This document shows, one piece after another, positions 1 to 12,779 of a stretch of 64,000 nucleotides of DNA. The number at the start of each line of letters is the position of its first letter. The first letter of the stretch is position 1. Below the pieces are notes generated by a model. It searched no databases, was not told the origin of the DNA, and saw only the letters and a program-made list of their open reading frames with translations. Position numbers and translations under genes: made by a program. This stretch comes from Anolis carolinensis (taxonomy: Eukaryota): contig NC_085842.1 in NCBI RefSeq assembly GCF_035594765.1, positions 132,693,036 to 132,757,035 of the forward strand, given 5' to 3'.

Positions 1-610
1 ATAGAAAAAACATTTTGTCCATATTTTGATATATTGTGAAATATCTCTAGGCATCTGTAAACATCTTTCCGTTAGTGACATCATGAGAATTTAGGATGGG
101 CTGTGATGAAATAAACCGGAGGCCTAAATAGTCCCCACAGGACATGATTGAAACAGCATCCTCTTGGTCCTACTGCACAGCCTTCCAAGGGCAGCATGAA
201 CTGGGTTTAGACCACAGCATTCCAAAGCAGTGATGATTTGTCCTTCTTCCCTGCTGCCCTTAACTGTGGCTTTGGCTTCTGCTTCCGCCTGCAGTGACTG
301 CAGCAAAACTCAACTGTTGGCTGGGCTACTGTGCCACTTATCCACAGCCTCGATATGGCATGGCTCTGGGACTCTTGGGAGTGCGAAAACGGTAGCTGCT
401 AAATGAAGGCCACCAAAAGAACTATGTCCTTGCCTGCACTAAGAACTATGCTTTAAAAGGAAAAGGACTGCTGAGGCAGCTGCCATCAATTTGGAGCTCT
501 TTTATAAACTTTCTGAAGAATTTCACCCACTCCGGCCTCCAAAATTACTTTAGAAGCTCACAAATTCCTCACTCCCTATATTCCATTCTAAGATGAAAAT
601 GAAAAGTCAA

Positions 611-1001
611 AAATAGTCCTGTGGGCAGTAAAATCAGGCAATTCCAACTGGATGGCCTTCTACGAGGGTTTTCCTCCAGAGGCGAACCAAGAATGGACAA
701 CGTGGAAATCCCTGAACAGACTCAGAAGCAGAGTGGGGAGATCAAAAGACAACCTGGCAAGGTGGCACTACCTGGAAGAATCCTCTACCTTGTGCAACTG
801 TGGAGCAGAACAAACAACTCCACATCTGTATGCTTGCCCACGATGCCCTGCCTCATGCACAGAGGAAGAACTGTTTAAAGCTACAGACAATGCGGTTGCT
901 GTTGCCCATTTCTGGTCTAAAAATAATTTGGCTGCTTGTGATCTCTTTATTTAATCAGTTTTATACTTATTTATTTATGCAATGTTTTTGACACAAAATA
1001 A
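611..1001 (+). mobile_element. 5'-truncated Vingi/ingi-type LINE 3' end
   Basis: ORF 652-954 with W.SLNRLR..VGR...CNCGAEQT..H...CP C-terminal zinc motif; ends ...TGACACAAAATAAA; TSD AAAAGTCAA at 602-610 and 1002-1010. Confidence 0.75.
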
Positions 1002-2164
1002 AAAAGTCAACCCTCTGATTCTTATACATAAACTTAAATGTACATATTACCAGGTAATGTCCCAGAATGCACTATAATTTTCCCAGGGCTACAAAGAACA
1101 GAGCAGCAGTAACTGAAAATATTTGCAAACCTGACCTATTTTCTGCGCTTGGGAGACTAAAAATGGGAAGCATGGCAGAAACCACTTGCATGTGTTGAAG
1201 CTACTGGTCACTGTCATGTTGCAGAAATAAACAAAGCAACCCTATGGGATATTTTTCAAGAATATTCTGAATAGTGAAATACTTATCAGAAAAGCACAAA
1301 GGACCTCATTAGACTGGGCTTGGGAAGCATCATAGGATGCATCCCTGCCAGTCCCTAGATGGATGGGCACGCTGCCCATCCCACTATATCAATGGACTTC
1401 TGGTAAAGACCCTGCCCACAAGTGGAGTGGGAGCATTGTATGACACTTCCCTCCCAACATGGGAGCCTGCCCGTGTTGGCTTGCCACTCGGCCGATGCTT
1501 CCCATGTGTGATGAGGAGGTAGTACACAAGGCAACAGATTCACCTGGCTCATGTGATAAGGTTGTAATACTAGTTTGCTTACTTTGCAATGACAGTCAAC
1601 ATAATGAACCAGAACATGGCATCTGAACATTTCCATCACAAGAACATACATGTTTTCCATGTGATTTATTCTGCTTGGTTTATTTGCTTATTGCGCTGTC
1701 TCCTCCTGCTTTATTAGCTCTCTCCTGTTGCTCCAACATCACAAACAGATTTCAAAGTCTTCATCTCCCATTGATGTAACATCAATACAACTGAGATAAA
1801 AAGCAAAAATTCCAAGAACCAGCTGCTGATCAGACAGTGTCAGCTTTTCCAGGGAATATTAATTAGAGAATTAGAAGTAAAGTTTCATTATTCTTGCAAC
1901 CAAGTGGAAATACCAAGAGCTAAGCTTTAAATAAGCAGGATTCAATCAGACCCAGTTTCAGAGGTACTTCACAATGTGGAGTTTGGGTTTATTTACACTG
2001 TGGCATTAATACAGCTTGACATTACTATAACTGCCAAGGCTCAAAGCTATAGAATCATGGGAGTTGTGGTTTTACAAGGGCTTATGCTTTCTATGCCAAA
2101 TAGTTTTGGTGCCTCACCAAACGATGACTTCAAGGATTCCATAGCACTGAAAAAGTGGTGAAGT

Positions 2165-3913
2165 CGAAGGTGACCCTCCCCCCCCAATAAAAGATAGTTT
2201 ATAATCAGGGAACTTATAGTTTTGCCAAGGACACTAGGCTGGGTAATAAGAGTTAAATCTTGGACAATTTGCAAAAGGGACCAACGACAATCACAAGGAA
2301 CACTTCCCATGTTAACTCTGTGTATATTTGACCAAGGGTTATATTCTATATTTTACATTTCATATATTTACAGCAGAAGGTAACAAATTTATTACTGGAA
2401 ACCATGTCACAAAAATTATTTGACCGTTTCCATCTGAGCCACACCTGAGCTAAAGAATTAATGACTCTTCTGATTGTTTCCCATCTCAGTCAATCACTCA
2501 CAAACAAAAGGGACTCCCTTTGTCTAGAGTTGGGCTGAGAAACATTTACATATCTAGGTTAAAGGTTAGCAAAGAAAGGAAAAAAGCCAAGTAAACAATA
2601 TGTTTTATAATCTGGCCCTTACTTCTCAAATTTGAAATGTATCCTTTTGCCCATCCCATCTCATGTGTGTTTTCCCCTACTATCCTTTTCTATAATTTCA
2701 TATTTTTCCCCCACAAGAAGGCATGAGGGTGGTTGAAAACCACTCAAGACCCTCATGGGCCCCATTGTGTATATGTTTCCCCATATCTCCACAGGGGCAG
2801 GCTTCCACTCGTTCAGGAAAACCTCAACCTTTGTGGACCCTCATGTATATCTTTGTGCTGTTTATGAATTATATGTTGTATGTTATGTAAAATTATGAAG
2901 TAAGGTGAATTCCAGGTGAACTTTCAACCAGCCTATCAGTACCTGGGCATCCCAGATGACTCCAGGTCACAATCTCAATTTCAGTGGACCTTTCAACATC
3001 TCATATGGACAATAACTCAAGTTGGCCCCCACTTTGGGATCTTGGAGGGCCAGAGGCCAGGCCAACTCAAAGATGGGGGGAAAGACCCATGGACATGCTG
3101 AATGCCTTTCACAAAGGACATTCTTCCCTCTGCGAGGAGAGGAAAATGTTGCAGCCTTTTCCGAACAATGACATTTCCCTTCCCAATAAATTAGATCAGT
3201 TGATCCCATCAAAAACTCTCAGATTGTGAACTTTGGACAATAGTACTGGTGCTGTGTAGCCAGATGCTCTCAGGAGATTTGTATATTCAGCTTTCATATC
3301 CATAGCCAGGACAGAGCTGGAGGGCTAAAATCAATCGCCCTGATCCACTTGACAGATACGGCCCAAAAGGGGCCACTCACTAATCTTATCATCCATTCAA
3401 AACCCCATTATTGTACCTAACCACAGCCTCCTTCCTCACCATTGGCTGAGTGGCAGAAGCATGGCCCGAGCCCTGATTGGCTGCCACTCTTCCTGGCACT
3501 GTGACTCCCTGACCAATCACAGTGAAGCTGACTCTGGGGGGGGGGGGGGGCAGGAAGTTCAAAACTGGGAAAACTGTATATAAGCTGTATTCTGGTGTAT
3601 CTTGGTGTCAGCTCCTTCAGAAGATTACTGCAGCTGTCATCCTTTCCAGCTGGAATAGTAATAAAAACTTTGGTGGTCTTTGCTTCAACCTGGTGAGAAT
3701 TCCTTTGGGGAAAGAGAAACTTTTACTGGCTTCTGTAGCTCGCTAGGCACTTGCAGACCCTCAGGGCGACCCCTGGCAAGGGCAGCCATCTCTGGCTTTA
3801 CCACTTTCCCAAGGGACATATTTTCTGCCTTCCGGCGGTCCCTGCTTGCTGCAGGACCCCCAAATTCTTGCTCAGTAACAGTGCGATGGGAGAGGATTGC
3901 GGATGCCTAACCA
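2165..3913 (+). mobile_element. Long (~1.7 kb) solo-LTR-like element, copy 1 (boundaries approximate)
   Basis: 5' ~500 bp similar to 9615-9810 and 11390-11500; CCAAT boxes (~3476, 3513), TATATAA at 3577, AATAAA at 3660. Confidence 0.55.
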
Positions 3914-4184
3914 GGACATTTGGAGCTTATACCACAGTGCTTCTCATTGAAAGATGATGGTGGAAGTTCTCTTTAATTCAGAGGTATATGAGAGCATTCT
4001 CTCACAGAAATAATTTGGAACAATAAATTGGGGGCAAAAAGTTATCCCCCTAGAAGCCCTGTATGTGAGAAGCCTAGGGCATACTTTGCCCACCCCTGCA
4101 GTAGAGAAACAGGATGGGATTCAGTGGAGGTCAGTGAATGTGGTCACAGATAAGGAAAACAATCCCACAAGTCAAAATCCTGAG

Positions 4185-4450
4185 TACACATTTCAGTGGC
4201 CTTTGGTGTCCATTGCAGGTTGGTTCAAAGACCCATTGTAAACATCAAAATCAGTGGATGCTTAAGTCCCATTTTAAACAATGGCAAACCACTCAAGTGC
4301 TGGAGAGAGTCTGTGACTCTGTGAAATGGCAGGAGGCTAGAGCAAGTGTAGCACTTGGCAAGTGACAAAATTAAAATTTGCTTTCTGATTTTTTCCAAGT
4401 ATTTTTAAGCCATGGTTGTTTGAATTTGTGAATGCAGATCTTGTGCATAT
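4185..4450. mobile_element. Degraded Tigger-like DNA transposon
   Basis: Shares ...tgct(c/t)aagtcccatt...tttgctttctg...gaat(c/t)tgtg(g/a)at with 21665-21900. Confidence 0.5.
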
Positions 4451-4502
4451 TGTATTTCTGTTAAGTCAACCAGAAAGTGCAAAAGTCATTGTGATAGCTT
4501 TG

Positions 4503-4504
<2 letters not shown>

Positions 4505-4538
<34 letters not shown>

Positions 4539-4625
4539 CAGCATTTATATTCCGCCTTTCTCACCCCGAAGGGGACTCAGGGCAGATCACATTGCACACA
4601 TAAAGGCAAACATTCAATGCCATGA
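4505..4625 (-). mobile_element. L2-clade LINE/SINE 3' tail with (TAAA)n
   Basis: (TTTA)n followed by ...ccgcctttctcaccccgaaggggactcaggg; related tails at 6145-6240(-), 50120-50308(+), 61160-61230(+) and 63825-63880(+). Confidence 0.6.
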
Positions 4626-5155
4626 CATAGAACAGAGACAGAGACAAGACGCAGGCTGGCCTCGAACTAATGACCTCTTGGTCAGAGTTATTTGTTGATT
4701 TGTTGCAGCTGGCTTGCTTTCCAGCCTTTTGAAACCATTGTATTCTTCATCAAACAGTGATGTTTTAAAATAATCATTCAGGGAAAGAAAACTGGCACTG
4801 TTGAGATGTGTTTGCTTGAGGTATTATCACTTCCCTCTGCCCATAAAAACGACTGTGGAATAACCGAGAATACAAACAGTAAAAGAAAGCAATAGAGCAT
4901 CCTTTCTACCTTGCAGCCCCATGACAAAAGTACACAGGGAGCTAAGTCAAAGAGGGGGTGAATGTGATACCTTCTAAAACCTCCCCACACACAATCAACT
5001 CTGTGATTCAGTTTGATTTGTATAGAAAATCAGAGGTGAAGTATTTCAAAATCAAGACTGTCAGTTTTCCTATATGTTAAAGCTGTATATATAAAGAAGT
5101 AGGAGCTGGAAAAGATGCTTATCTCACTTTTTATTTGCTCTCTACTTTAGATGTA

Positions 5156-5499
5156 CAGTCAGCTCTCCTCAGCTGCCAATTTACCTTCTGCAGATTTCAT
5201 TATTCACTGATTTGATTAATATGGTCCCTCTAGAAATCTGAGTCCTCCAGTACAATTTCATGGTCAATTTCTACCTGAAGTTGATCACTGAGCTTTGCTG
5301 AAGGCCCTACAATATCTAGAGAATATTTCTATGGGAATCTCCCAATGAAAATTTAACAAAGGGTCACACAGAAGGACTTAGAGATTCCTAGAGCGGTGTC
5401 CTTTCAGGCAAAAGAATATAGCATTTTTATTCACCATTCATTCACTTTCACAGGGAGGTTCCTGTACCTATAACGCCAGCAAATGAGGAGGGCTGACTG
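5156..5499. mobile_element. Tigger-like (TcMar) MITE
   Basis: TIRs CAGTCAGCTCTCCTCA / CAGTCAGCCCTCCTCA with TA on both sides. Confidence 0.75.
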
Positions 5500-6621
5500 T
5501 AGTATAATGACACATTTGTCTCTATGTTTTTGTGATATTTCTAACTACAGTATTAATAAATAATATATTTTAAGGATGTTAATCATGTTTAGCTTTGAAG
5601 TCTTTCTGCTGCTCCATTATTACTCAGTACTACTTGTGCTTTTTAGAAAAACTGAAGAAGGGTGGCACATCTTATTGGGTATATGTGTGGGAACTGGGCA
5701 AGATGTGAAATATGCTGAAGCCATATCAAGGTGAATATCTCGAAGCGAAGGCCATGGTTGATTTAACAGAGTACTAAGTAGAGAGATTTGGGTTATAAGG
5801 AGACTTAACCAGTATATGCATGAACACCTGTTGTTGTGGCCTGTGGAATGGAAAGGGATGAAGAAGAAGAATCCACTCATTGAGATATAGTAACCTGCGT
5901 CCTTACTGTGTTTCCAGTAGCCTCCAAGATGAAAATGGAAACATAAATCCTGTTCAATGAAAAATATAGTTCATTGAGATCTTGTAGGTTCTTAAAAATA
6001 AATTTAATCTAGTGTAATGCTGACTCAGGTTGTGAAACAGAGAATCTGTTTGTATTACAGAATTCTAGATTGTTTTAACTGCTATGGCTCTTCATCCTAA
6101 CTTTATTTTTTATACTTTTATTTTTTTATGATAGAATGATAGGATTTTATTTATTTTTTACCCTATTTCTACCCAGCCTTTCTCTACCCCGAAGGGAACT
6201 CAAGGCGGCTTACAAATGGCAACCATTAGATGCCTTAAAATACATACAAACAGACTTAAAATCAATTAAATTTAAATTTAATGCATATTAAACATTTAAA
6301 ATATTACATTCAATATTAAAATCACATCATCTGAAAATCATAGTCCAAGGCCGTTCTGTCATCAATTATCCATAATTCCAATTAATTGCCCATAATTTTT
6401 GGTGAGGTGCTTAGAATTTTCTGCTAGAGAGCTCAAATGCTGTGGTTTTCAATATCTGGCCCCAACCAACATGTCAACTATTCAGTGATTTGGGAAGAAA
6501 AAGTCCAAAATCTTAGAAGTCCAGCAATTGGGAATCATTCACCTGAGTTACATACAATACTAGAGTAGTCTGGTAGGGATTTCTGAGACCCTCACCAAAC
6601 TACAAGTCCTAGGATCTCATA

Positions 6622-7893
6622 TGTCAAGGACAGAACGCCACCAGATAAGATTCAACACAGTTTATTAAAGATACAGAACCAAAAATGCTCGTAAAGAACA
6701 AAGAGCTAGGCAAACACTCGTCTTCAATATGAAAAGTCACTCAAAAACGGTTCAAAAGCTAAACCGGATTAAACAGGAGTTTAATCCGGGTTAAACCAAA
6801 AATGCTTACTTCAGCCTGGGACTTTAAACAAACAAAAGCTGGTAAACAAAGATTCAATTAGAACATAAATACTGGCAGCAGATTCCTCTCTGCTACTCAA
6901 CAGCTGTGGTTGAGCAACTAAGTTGTTACTCCTCCGTGCAGCGGGCGAACTCCGGGTCCAAACACATCAATCAGGGTTGCAGCGGTCAGCGGGGTCCCAA
7001 TCCGGTCCGAGGTCGAAGGCCAGGTGCAGGCGTCTTAGGTTCCACGAAATCCTCCGATAGCCAAAGAGAGGGTAGTCCAAGGTCGTAGTCAGCCAGTCAG
7101 TCAGTCAGTCAGTCAGTCAGCCAGTCCAGCGTCAATTCCGAGTAGGTAAATAATGTCCGTCAAGAAGACGACGGAGGTCCAAGCTAATAAGATTAAACAC
7201 AGGTTGCACAACAAAAGCCCACACAGTTCCTCCCGCCGTCTATGCCCAGTGTCCTTGGTAACTTACGTAGTCAGCAAACGAAACACACCCGTCTTCAGGA
7301 AATTCCCAACAAGAGCCCAAGCGTTCGTCCAGATTACCTTGCCCAACGCAATTAGCCCTGGATTCAAGACCCCATTTTATGCCAGTTACAACTCCTCATC
7401 GCTATCAGGTGTTACCCTAATTCCAGGTGCCTCATCATCATCATCCTCATCAGAGCTAAAACATCTTTGACTACGCCCCACAGCATCCCCAGCTGTGGAT
7501 CCCGTCCCATCCCTCCAACTCGTCCACGGGTCCGATCCTGCAACCCGCCAGTCGCTTCCCATGCTATCATTACCAGGAACACCCAAATCCTCCCTCACAC
7601 GAGTCCATTCCATGTCATCCTCCTCTGAGCTAACCACCTCTTCCTCCATTCTCTCAGTAAAACCCTCAAAGGAGTCTTCGTCAGTTGATTCTGCAAATAT
7701 GTCCCGCAGCCGTTTCCTCTCTCGCTCCTCAATAGAGTCTGACTCTCGAGGAGTCTTACGACCACGTCTCCCAGTATTGGAGCCATAAGGCTCAACCATA
7801 ACATCATAGGATATGGCCCTGGTAGTTGCAAGTGTACCTGTGCCGTCGCGCCTGGGGCTGTAAACTCTTAGTGAAAGAGGCATGGACGTGACA
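6622..7893 (-). mobile_element. Solo LTR (Gypsy-like) with an ORF in U3
   Basis: TGTCA...TGACA termini; on the minus strand: ORF, TATA-like CATAAAA (7375-7381), (ACTG)n tract at ~7094-7125, AATAAA at 6661-6666 about 40 nt before the end. Confidence 0.75.
7386..7883 (-). CDS. LTR-encoded 165-aa acidic, probably disordered protein with basic patches and a TND-interacting (LxxIF-acidic-FxGF) motif
   Basis: Longest ORF in the supplied track, uninterrupted; GRRGRKTP and RERKRLR basic patches; LRDIFAESTDEDSFEGF at 7659-7709. Confidence 0.5.
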   Translation of the reverse strand: MPLSLRVYSPRRDGTGTLATTRAISYDVMVEPYGSNTGRRGRKTPRESDSIEERERKRLRDIFAESTDEDSFEGFTERMEEEVVSSEEDDMEWTRVREDLGVPGNDSMGSDWRVAGSDPWTSWRDGTGSTAGDAVGRSQRCFSSDEDDDDEAPGIRVTPDSDEEL

Positions 7894-8530
7894 TCTTTCC
7901 CCAGGGGATTGCTTCTTGCCCTCCTTTAGGGAAACTGGAACTCCCAAGGACCAAAACACTGTAGATAATTCAAAAACTGGGTTTATTGTTCACAAAGGGG
8001 GTAAAAGAAAATATACATTACAGTCTTTGATTGTTTAAGTCCATGAAGCTTGTCCAGATCCCTCTTTCTCTGGCTGTGAATGCCGGAGCAAACTCAGCCT
8101 CAGTCCAATGACCTATATCTGAAGACAAGAGTCTTCCTCTGTTGCCAAAGGACTGATGTGAAGGCGCTTGAGACTCCTCAACGTTGTTCAGGTTGGCCCT
8201 GAACATGAAGTGCGAGTCCCAAGGGTAAGAACCTCAGAATTGGTGCTGAGAGGTAACTTTTGAAGGGCTTTCAGAGCCAAGCCTCTCTTTCACGTCCATC
8301 CGATAGAGTGGAATGAAAAGGAGGAAACACAGTCCTACTCCAGGAAGAGGTGGAGCCAAACAGTTTTGCTGAGTGAGCAATATAACAGGTACAAACAACA
8401 TTGATTGACAGATATAAATAACCAATCCAACTACGTTTACAGGGTAAGGGCAAAATCAGGCATGATACAACAATTCAAATCTTGAAACTTATAGTTCCAA
8501 CATATAGATGGCGCCACTCGCGCCGTCACA
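7894..8530 (-). mobile_element. Second solo LTR (Gypsy-like) abutting the first
   Basis: Minus strand starts TGTGACGGCGCGAGTGGCGCCATCT; ATTGG then TATTTATA at ~8410-8427; AATAAA at 7982-7987. Confidence 0.6.
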
Positions 8531-9614
8531 GTACCAATTTGCTGAAAGTGTATACTGCAGACACACCAACTCTGATAGCCAAACCGAACTAATATAGGGA
8601 GGAGATACTGTAATAAAATGTTTGGGAACCAGTGAGTGAAGCCTTAAAGGAATCAAAAACATTCAGGTCAGAATCCTGCTGTGCATGGCACCAGAGGCTG
8701 CACTTTCTCAACATTAAAATGGTGGCAAGGAAGGCAGACAAAATCCACAAGCTTCAAACGGATGGTTTCTCTGATGCTCCCTCCTTCACAGCTGTAGGGC
8801 CTCTAGCCTTTCCGCCCTTTTGCTGACACTGCCTATGCCAGGAGAAGAACGCCAGTGCAATGCACCAATTGGATTCTGCCTGTGGTTTGCATTATCACTT
8901 GCTTCTTATTTATTAAATGCGTGACTTGGGGGTCTCTGATTTGTAAAGTCACTATAAGTTCTGTCACTAACAGAATAATAATATTATTTGGCATGAACGG
9001 CAATGAATCCCTCCATAATTTTGTTGGTTACACATTGCTATGCACTTGGATAATTAAGTGATTAAAGATAATTAATCTTTTCCTCATTCCCATCCCCATT
9101 CACTCCCATTTGCTTCTCTCTTTTTCCTCACTCTTATTCTGCTTTTTATGCCACCTTCTTCTGCTTACTTGCTCCCTTCTAATGATATAATTAAGCTGAA
9201 GTGGGTGAATTGAACAGTAGACTTGTAAGATATCTGATTATTAAAAACTGAAGGTGTCACAGACTGAAGTTGGTCTTCCTGGCTTCTGCACGCAAAATGT
9301 GTGTCTTACCACTGATTTTTGCCAACTGCACTTCTCAACTGGAGAAGGTAGTGGAGAGGTAGAAAGGATGCATGATACCTTTGAGCAGAAAGATGTTCTG
9401 AATAAACTAAGATTTTCAAATTTCAGATTAAGAATTTTTGTCTTGATTAAGTAGACAATAGCTATCCACTTATTGCTATATAGCAATACTCCATTCACAA
9501 AGAAGCTCCTTCTTTCAGCCTTCCATTTTTCTTGTCTCACCATAGATCTATAAGTTACCAAACAAAAAAGGAAATAATCAAAAACAAGTTGAAGTATTTT
9601 TTTTCTAGTCTTAT

Positions 9615-12600
9615 TGAGGGTAACCCCTCCTGATAAAAGATTGTTTATAATTAGGAAACATATAGTTTTAACAAGGACACCAGGCTGGGATGATATAATA
9701 AGGATTAAATCTTAGCCAATTTGCAAAGGGACGAACAACAAGTACCCCTTCCCATGTTAAATCTGTGCACACTTAACCAGGTTTTTCTATTCTATATTTT
9801 ATAAATTTTTAGCTTACTTACTTACTTACTTACTTAGGTGATTCCTCCTAGCTCGAGGATGATGGTCCTCCAAGTGTAGTGTCTTAGCGGTGGATGCGTA
9901 GGTGGCTGTGGAGCCCTATTCTTGATCCTTGTGTTCTTCTGCAGTGGAGACATCAGTTTCCAGATGGAAGGCGGTCCCGGTCAGGGTAGGCTTGACGTGC
10001 CTTCCTCTTGGCACGTTTCTCCCTTAAGTCCTCCATTCGTGCCTCTTTGAATTCTGCAGCACTGCTGGTCACACGCGACCTCCAATTAGAGCACTCAAGG
10101 ACCAGGGTTTCCCAGTTCTCGGAGTCTATGCCACAGTTTTTAAGGTTGGCTTTGAGCCCATCTTTAAATCTCTTTTCCTGTCCACCAATATTACATTTTC
10201 TGTTCTTGAGTTGGGAGTATAGTAACTGCTTTGGGAGACGGTTGATCAGGCATTCGGACAATGTGGCCAGTCCAGCGGAGTTGATGGCGTAAGGGCATCA
10301 CTTCAGTGCTGGTGGTCTTTGCTTCTTCCAGCATGCTGACATTTGTCTGCCTGTCTTCCCAAGAAATTTGCAGGATTTTTTGGAAGAAACGTTGAAGGAA
10401 TCTTTCCAGGAGTTGAGTGTGACGTCTGTATGCAGTCCACGTTTTGCAGGTATATAACAGGGTTCGGAGGACAATAGTTTTATAAACAAGCACGTTAGTA
10501 TCCCTATGGATGTCCTGATCCTCAAACACTCTCTACTTCATTCAGAGAAATGCTGCACCCGCAGAGCTCAGACGGTGTTGTATTTCAGTGTCAATGTTGA
10601 CTTTTGTGGAGAGGTGGCTGCCAAGGTAGTGAAAATGGTCAACATTTTCTAATGTTACACCATTAAGTTGTTTTTCTGGCATGGCAGAGGGATTGGCTGG
10701 TACCTGCTAGAAGAACACTTTGGTTTTCTCGATGTTCAATGAGAGGCCGAGCTTCTCATATGCTTCTGCAAAGGTGTTTAGAGTGGCTTGTAGATCTTCT
10801 TCTGAATGTGCACAGACTACGTTGTCATCGGCATATTGGAGTTCTGTAACAGATATTGTGATCTTAGTTTTGGCTTTCAGTCTGCTGAGGTTAAATAGCT
10901 TGCCATCTGTCTGATATATGATTTCCACTCCGGTGGGAAGCTTCCCATCAACAAGGTGAAGTATCATAGCGATGAAGATTGAAAATAAGCTTGGGGCAAT
11001 AACACATCCTTGTTTGACACCTGATTACACCTTAAATAGGTCACTTTGGGAGCCATTGCTGTCCAAGATTGTTGCCATCATGTCATCATGGAGGAGCCAC
11101 AGGATGTTCATAAATTTGTCAGGGCACCCAGTTTTTTGGAGGATGGTCCAGAGAGCACTGGGATTCACTATGTCAAATGCCTTTGCAAGGTCAATGAATG
11201 GCATGTACAGAGGTTGATTTTGCTCCCTGCATTTTTCTTGGAGCTATCATGCAGTGAAGATCATGTCCACTAGGCAGGTATGCATCGGTAACATAGGTAC
11301 TAGGACCCATGGTACAAAAGGCATTTGACCTTTGCTCAATCTAAGCAAATGGCCTGCCTGAGCCAAAACTAACAACTCTACTCAGGGTCTTGTCTATCTA
11401 GGCTAAAGGTTAGCAAGGGGGAAAAGCCATGCAAACTATGTATTTTATAATATTACCCTTATTTCTCAAATACAAATTTATCCTTTCTGCCTGTTCATGC
11501 CTCTTTGTATCTTCTTTGACTCAGCCTGCTGTTCCCTTGATGCTAAACCATCATCCCTGGCTGCCTCCTGAGCCTTTCCTTCTTTTGTCTTTCTACTCTC
11601 CTCAATCGAACTATACATTCCATAGCCCTATCCTTCTCTCAAGTCTAGGGTCCCACACTATGCGTCTGTGCCCCATTTCCTCAGACCCCTTGTGTATGTT
11701 TCCCTTTCCTCAGGGGTCTCAACAGGCTCCAGGGAGCTCTCATGTATCCACTGAGTCTCTCTTAACCTTCTGCCCTTTTCTACCCCTTATTTCTTCCCCA
11801 TGAGAAAGCCAGGGGAGATAGGAGCCCATTGCAAGCCTCATGTGCCCAGTCTGTGTGTAACCCCCATAACCTGTGGGGTTCGGGTCTCCAATGCATGGTA
11901 CCCCCCCCCCCCCGGCAACCATAGGTTCCTTGTGTTTATATTATAATCTTGTCTATATTTTATATCCATATGAGTTATTGGAGAAGCCACCAGCTCAATC
12001 CTGTGGTGATCTTTTGCCTACATTTTCCTGCCCTGGAAGAACAAGTCAACAGTCTTTCTGAGCCTCATTTGTATTTAATCAATGACTCAATTACCTGCAT
12101 ATGACTCATAGACTGGGCTGAAAGGATGGTTACAGGTCCCTTCAAAGGGGCCACCAGCTCTTTTACTATTGTCATAACCATTCCCCAGAGGGTTAGTTGT
12201 GCCCCACTTCCAAAGACAATGCCATTCCCCTTTGTTGTTTCCCCTGTCATTGACTCATTTATGGACAATATTTTCCTGCTATGGAGAAACCAAGAAGAAC
12301 AACGGCAGAGGCGTTGGAAAGCAATCACCTACATATCTTTATTAATAAAGGTTTTTCAGGGCCTTGTAAAATCCTTTGTTATCCCAGTCTGAGATCATTA
12401 CAGCACCATTGTTTCCTAGACTGCCAGCTCCTCTTCTGTCATTGGGCAGAGGGAAATCTGCATCAAGAGCAAAGCGTGCTTTCCCATTGGCCGGCAAGGG
12501 CCAAGCTCCTGCCTTTACTGGGAACCTCCTTTGATGTCATTGGGGCTCAGCCAATCATGGTGGAGTCAGTGCAGCTGTGCAGGAGTGGGAATGTGTTCTG

Positions 12601-12779
12601 TATAAAAATGCCTGTTTTGTACTGTACTATATCTCAGCCTCCTTTGGCGAATTATCGCGAGCTGGCATCATTTTCAGCTGATTGAACAAAATACCTTGAT
12701 GGCTTCTCTTCACTTAGTGGTCTTATTTCTGGCTTCTTTGCTTGCCAAGCTCACAGATCCATACGCAGCCTGGATCTCA
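9615..12779 (+). mobile_element. Long solo-LTR-like element, copy 2 (~1.7 kb after removing the RTE insertion)
   Basis: TGAG...CTCA termini, flanks ttat/ctat; similar to 2165-2700; CCAAT at 12551, TATAAAA at 12601. Confidence 0.6.
9813..11270 (-). mobile_element. 5'-truncated RTE-clade LINE (frameshifted RT) inserted in the LTR-like element
   Basis: ORF fragments with ELQYADD RT motif, LRWTGH..RM and RLPKQLLY..L...KRFKDGLK; (TAAG)n 3' tail at 9813-9836. Confidence 0.9.
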
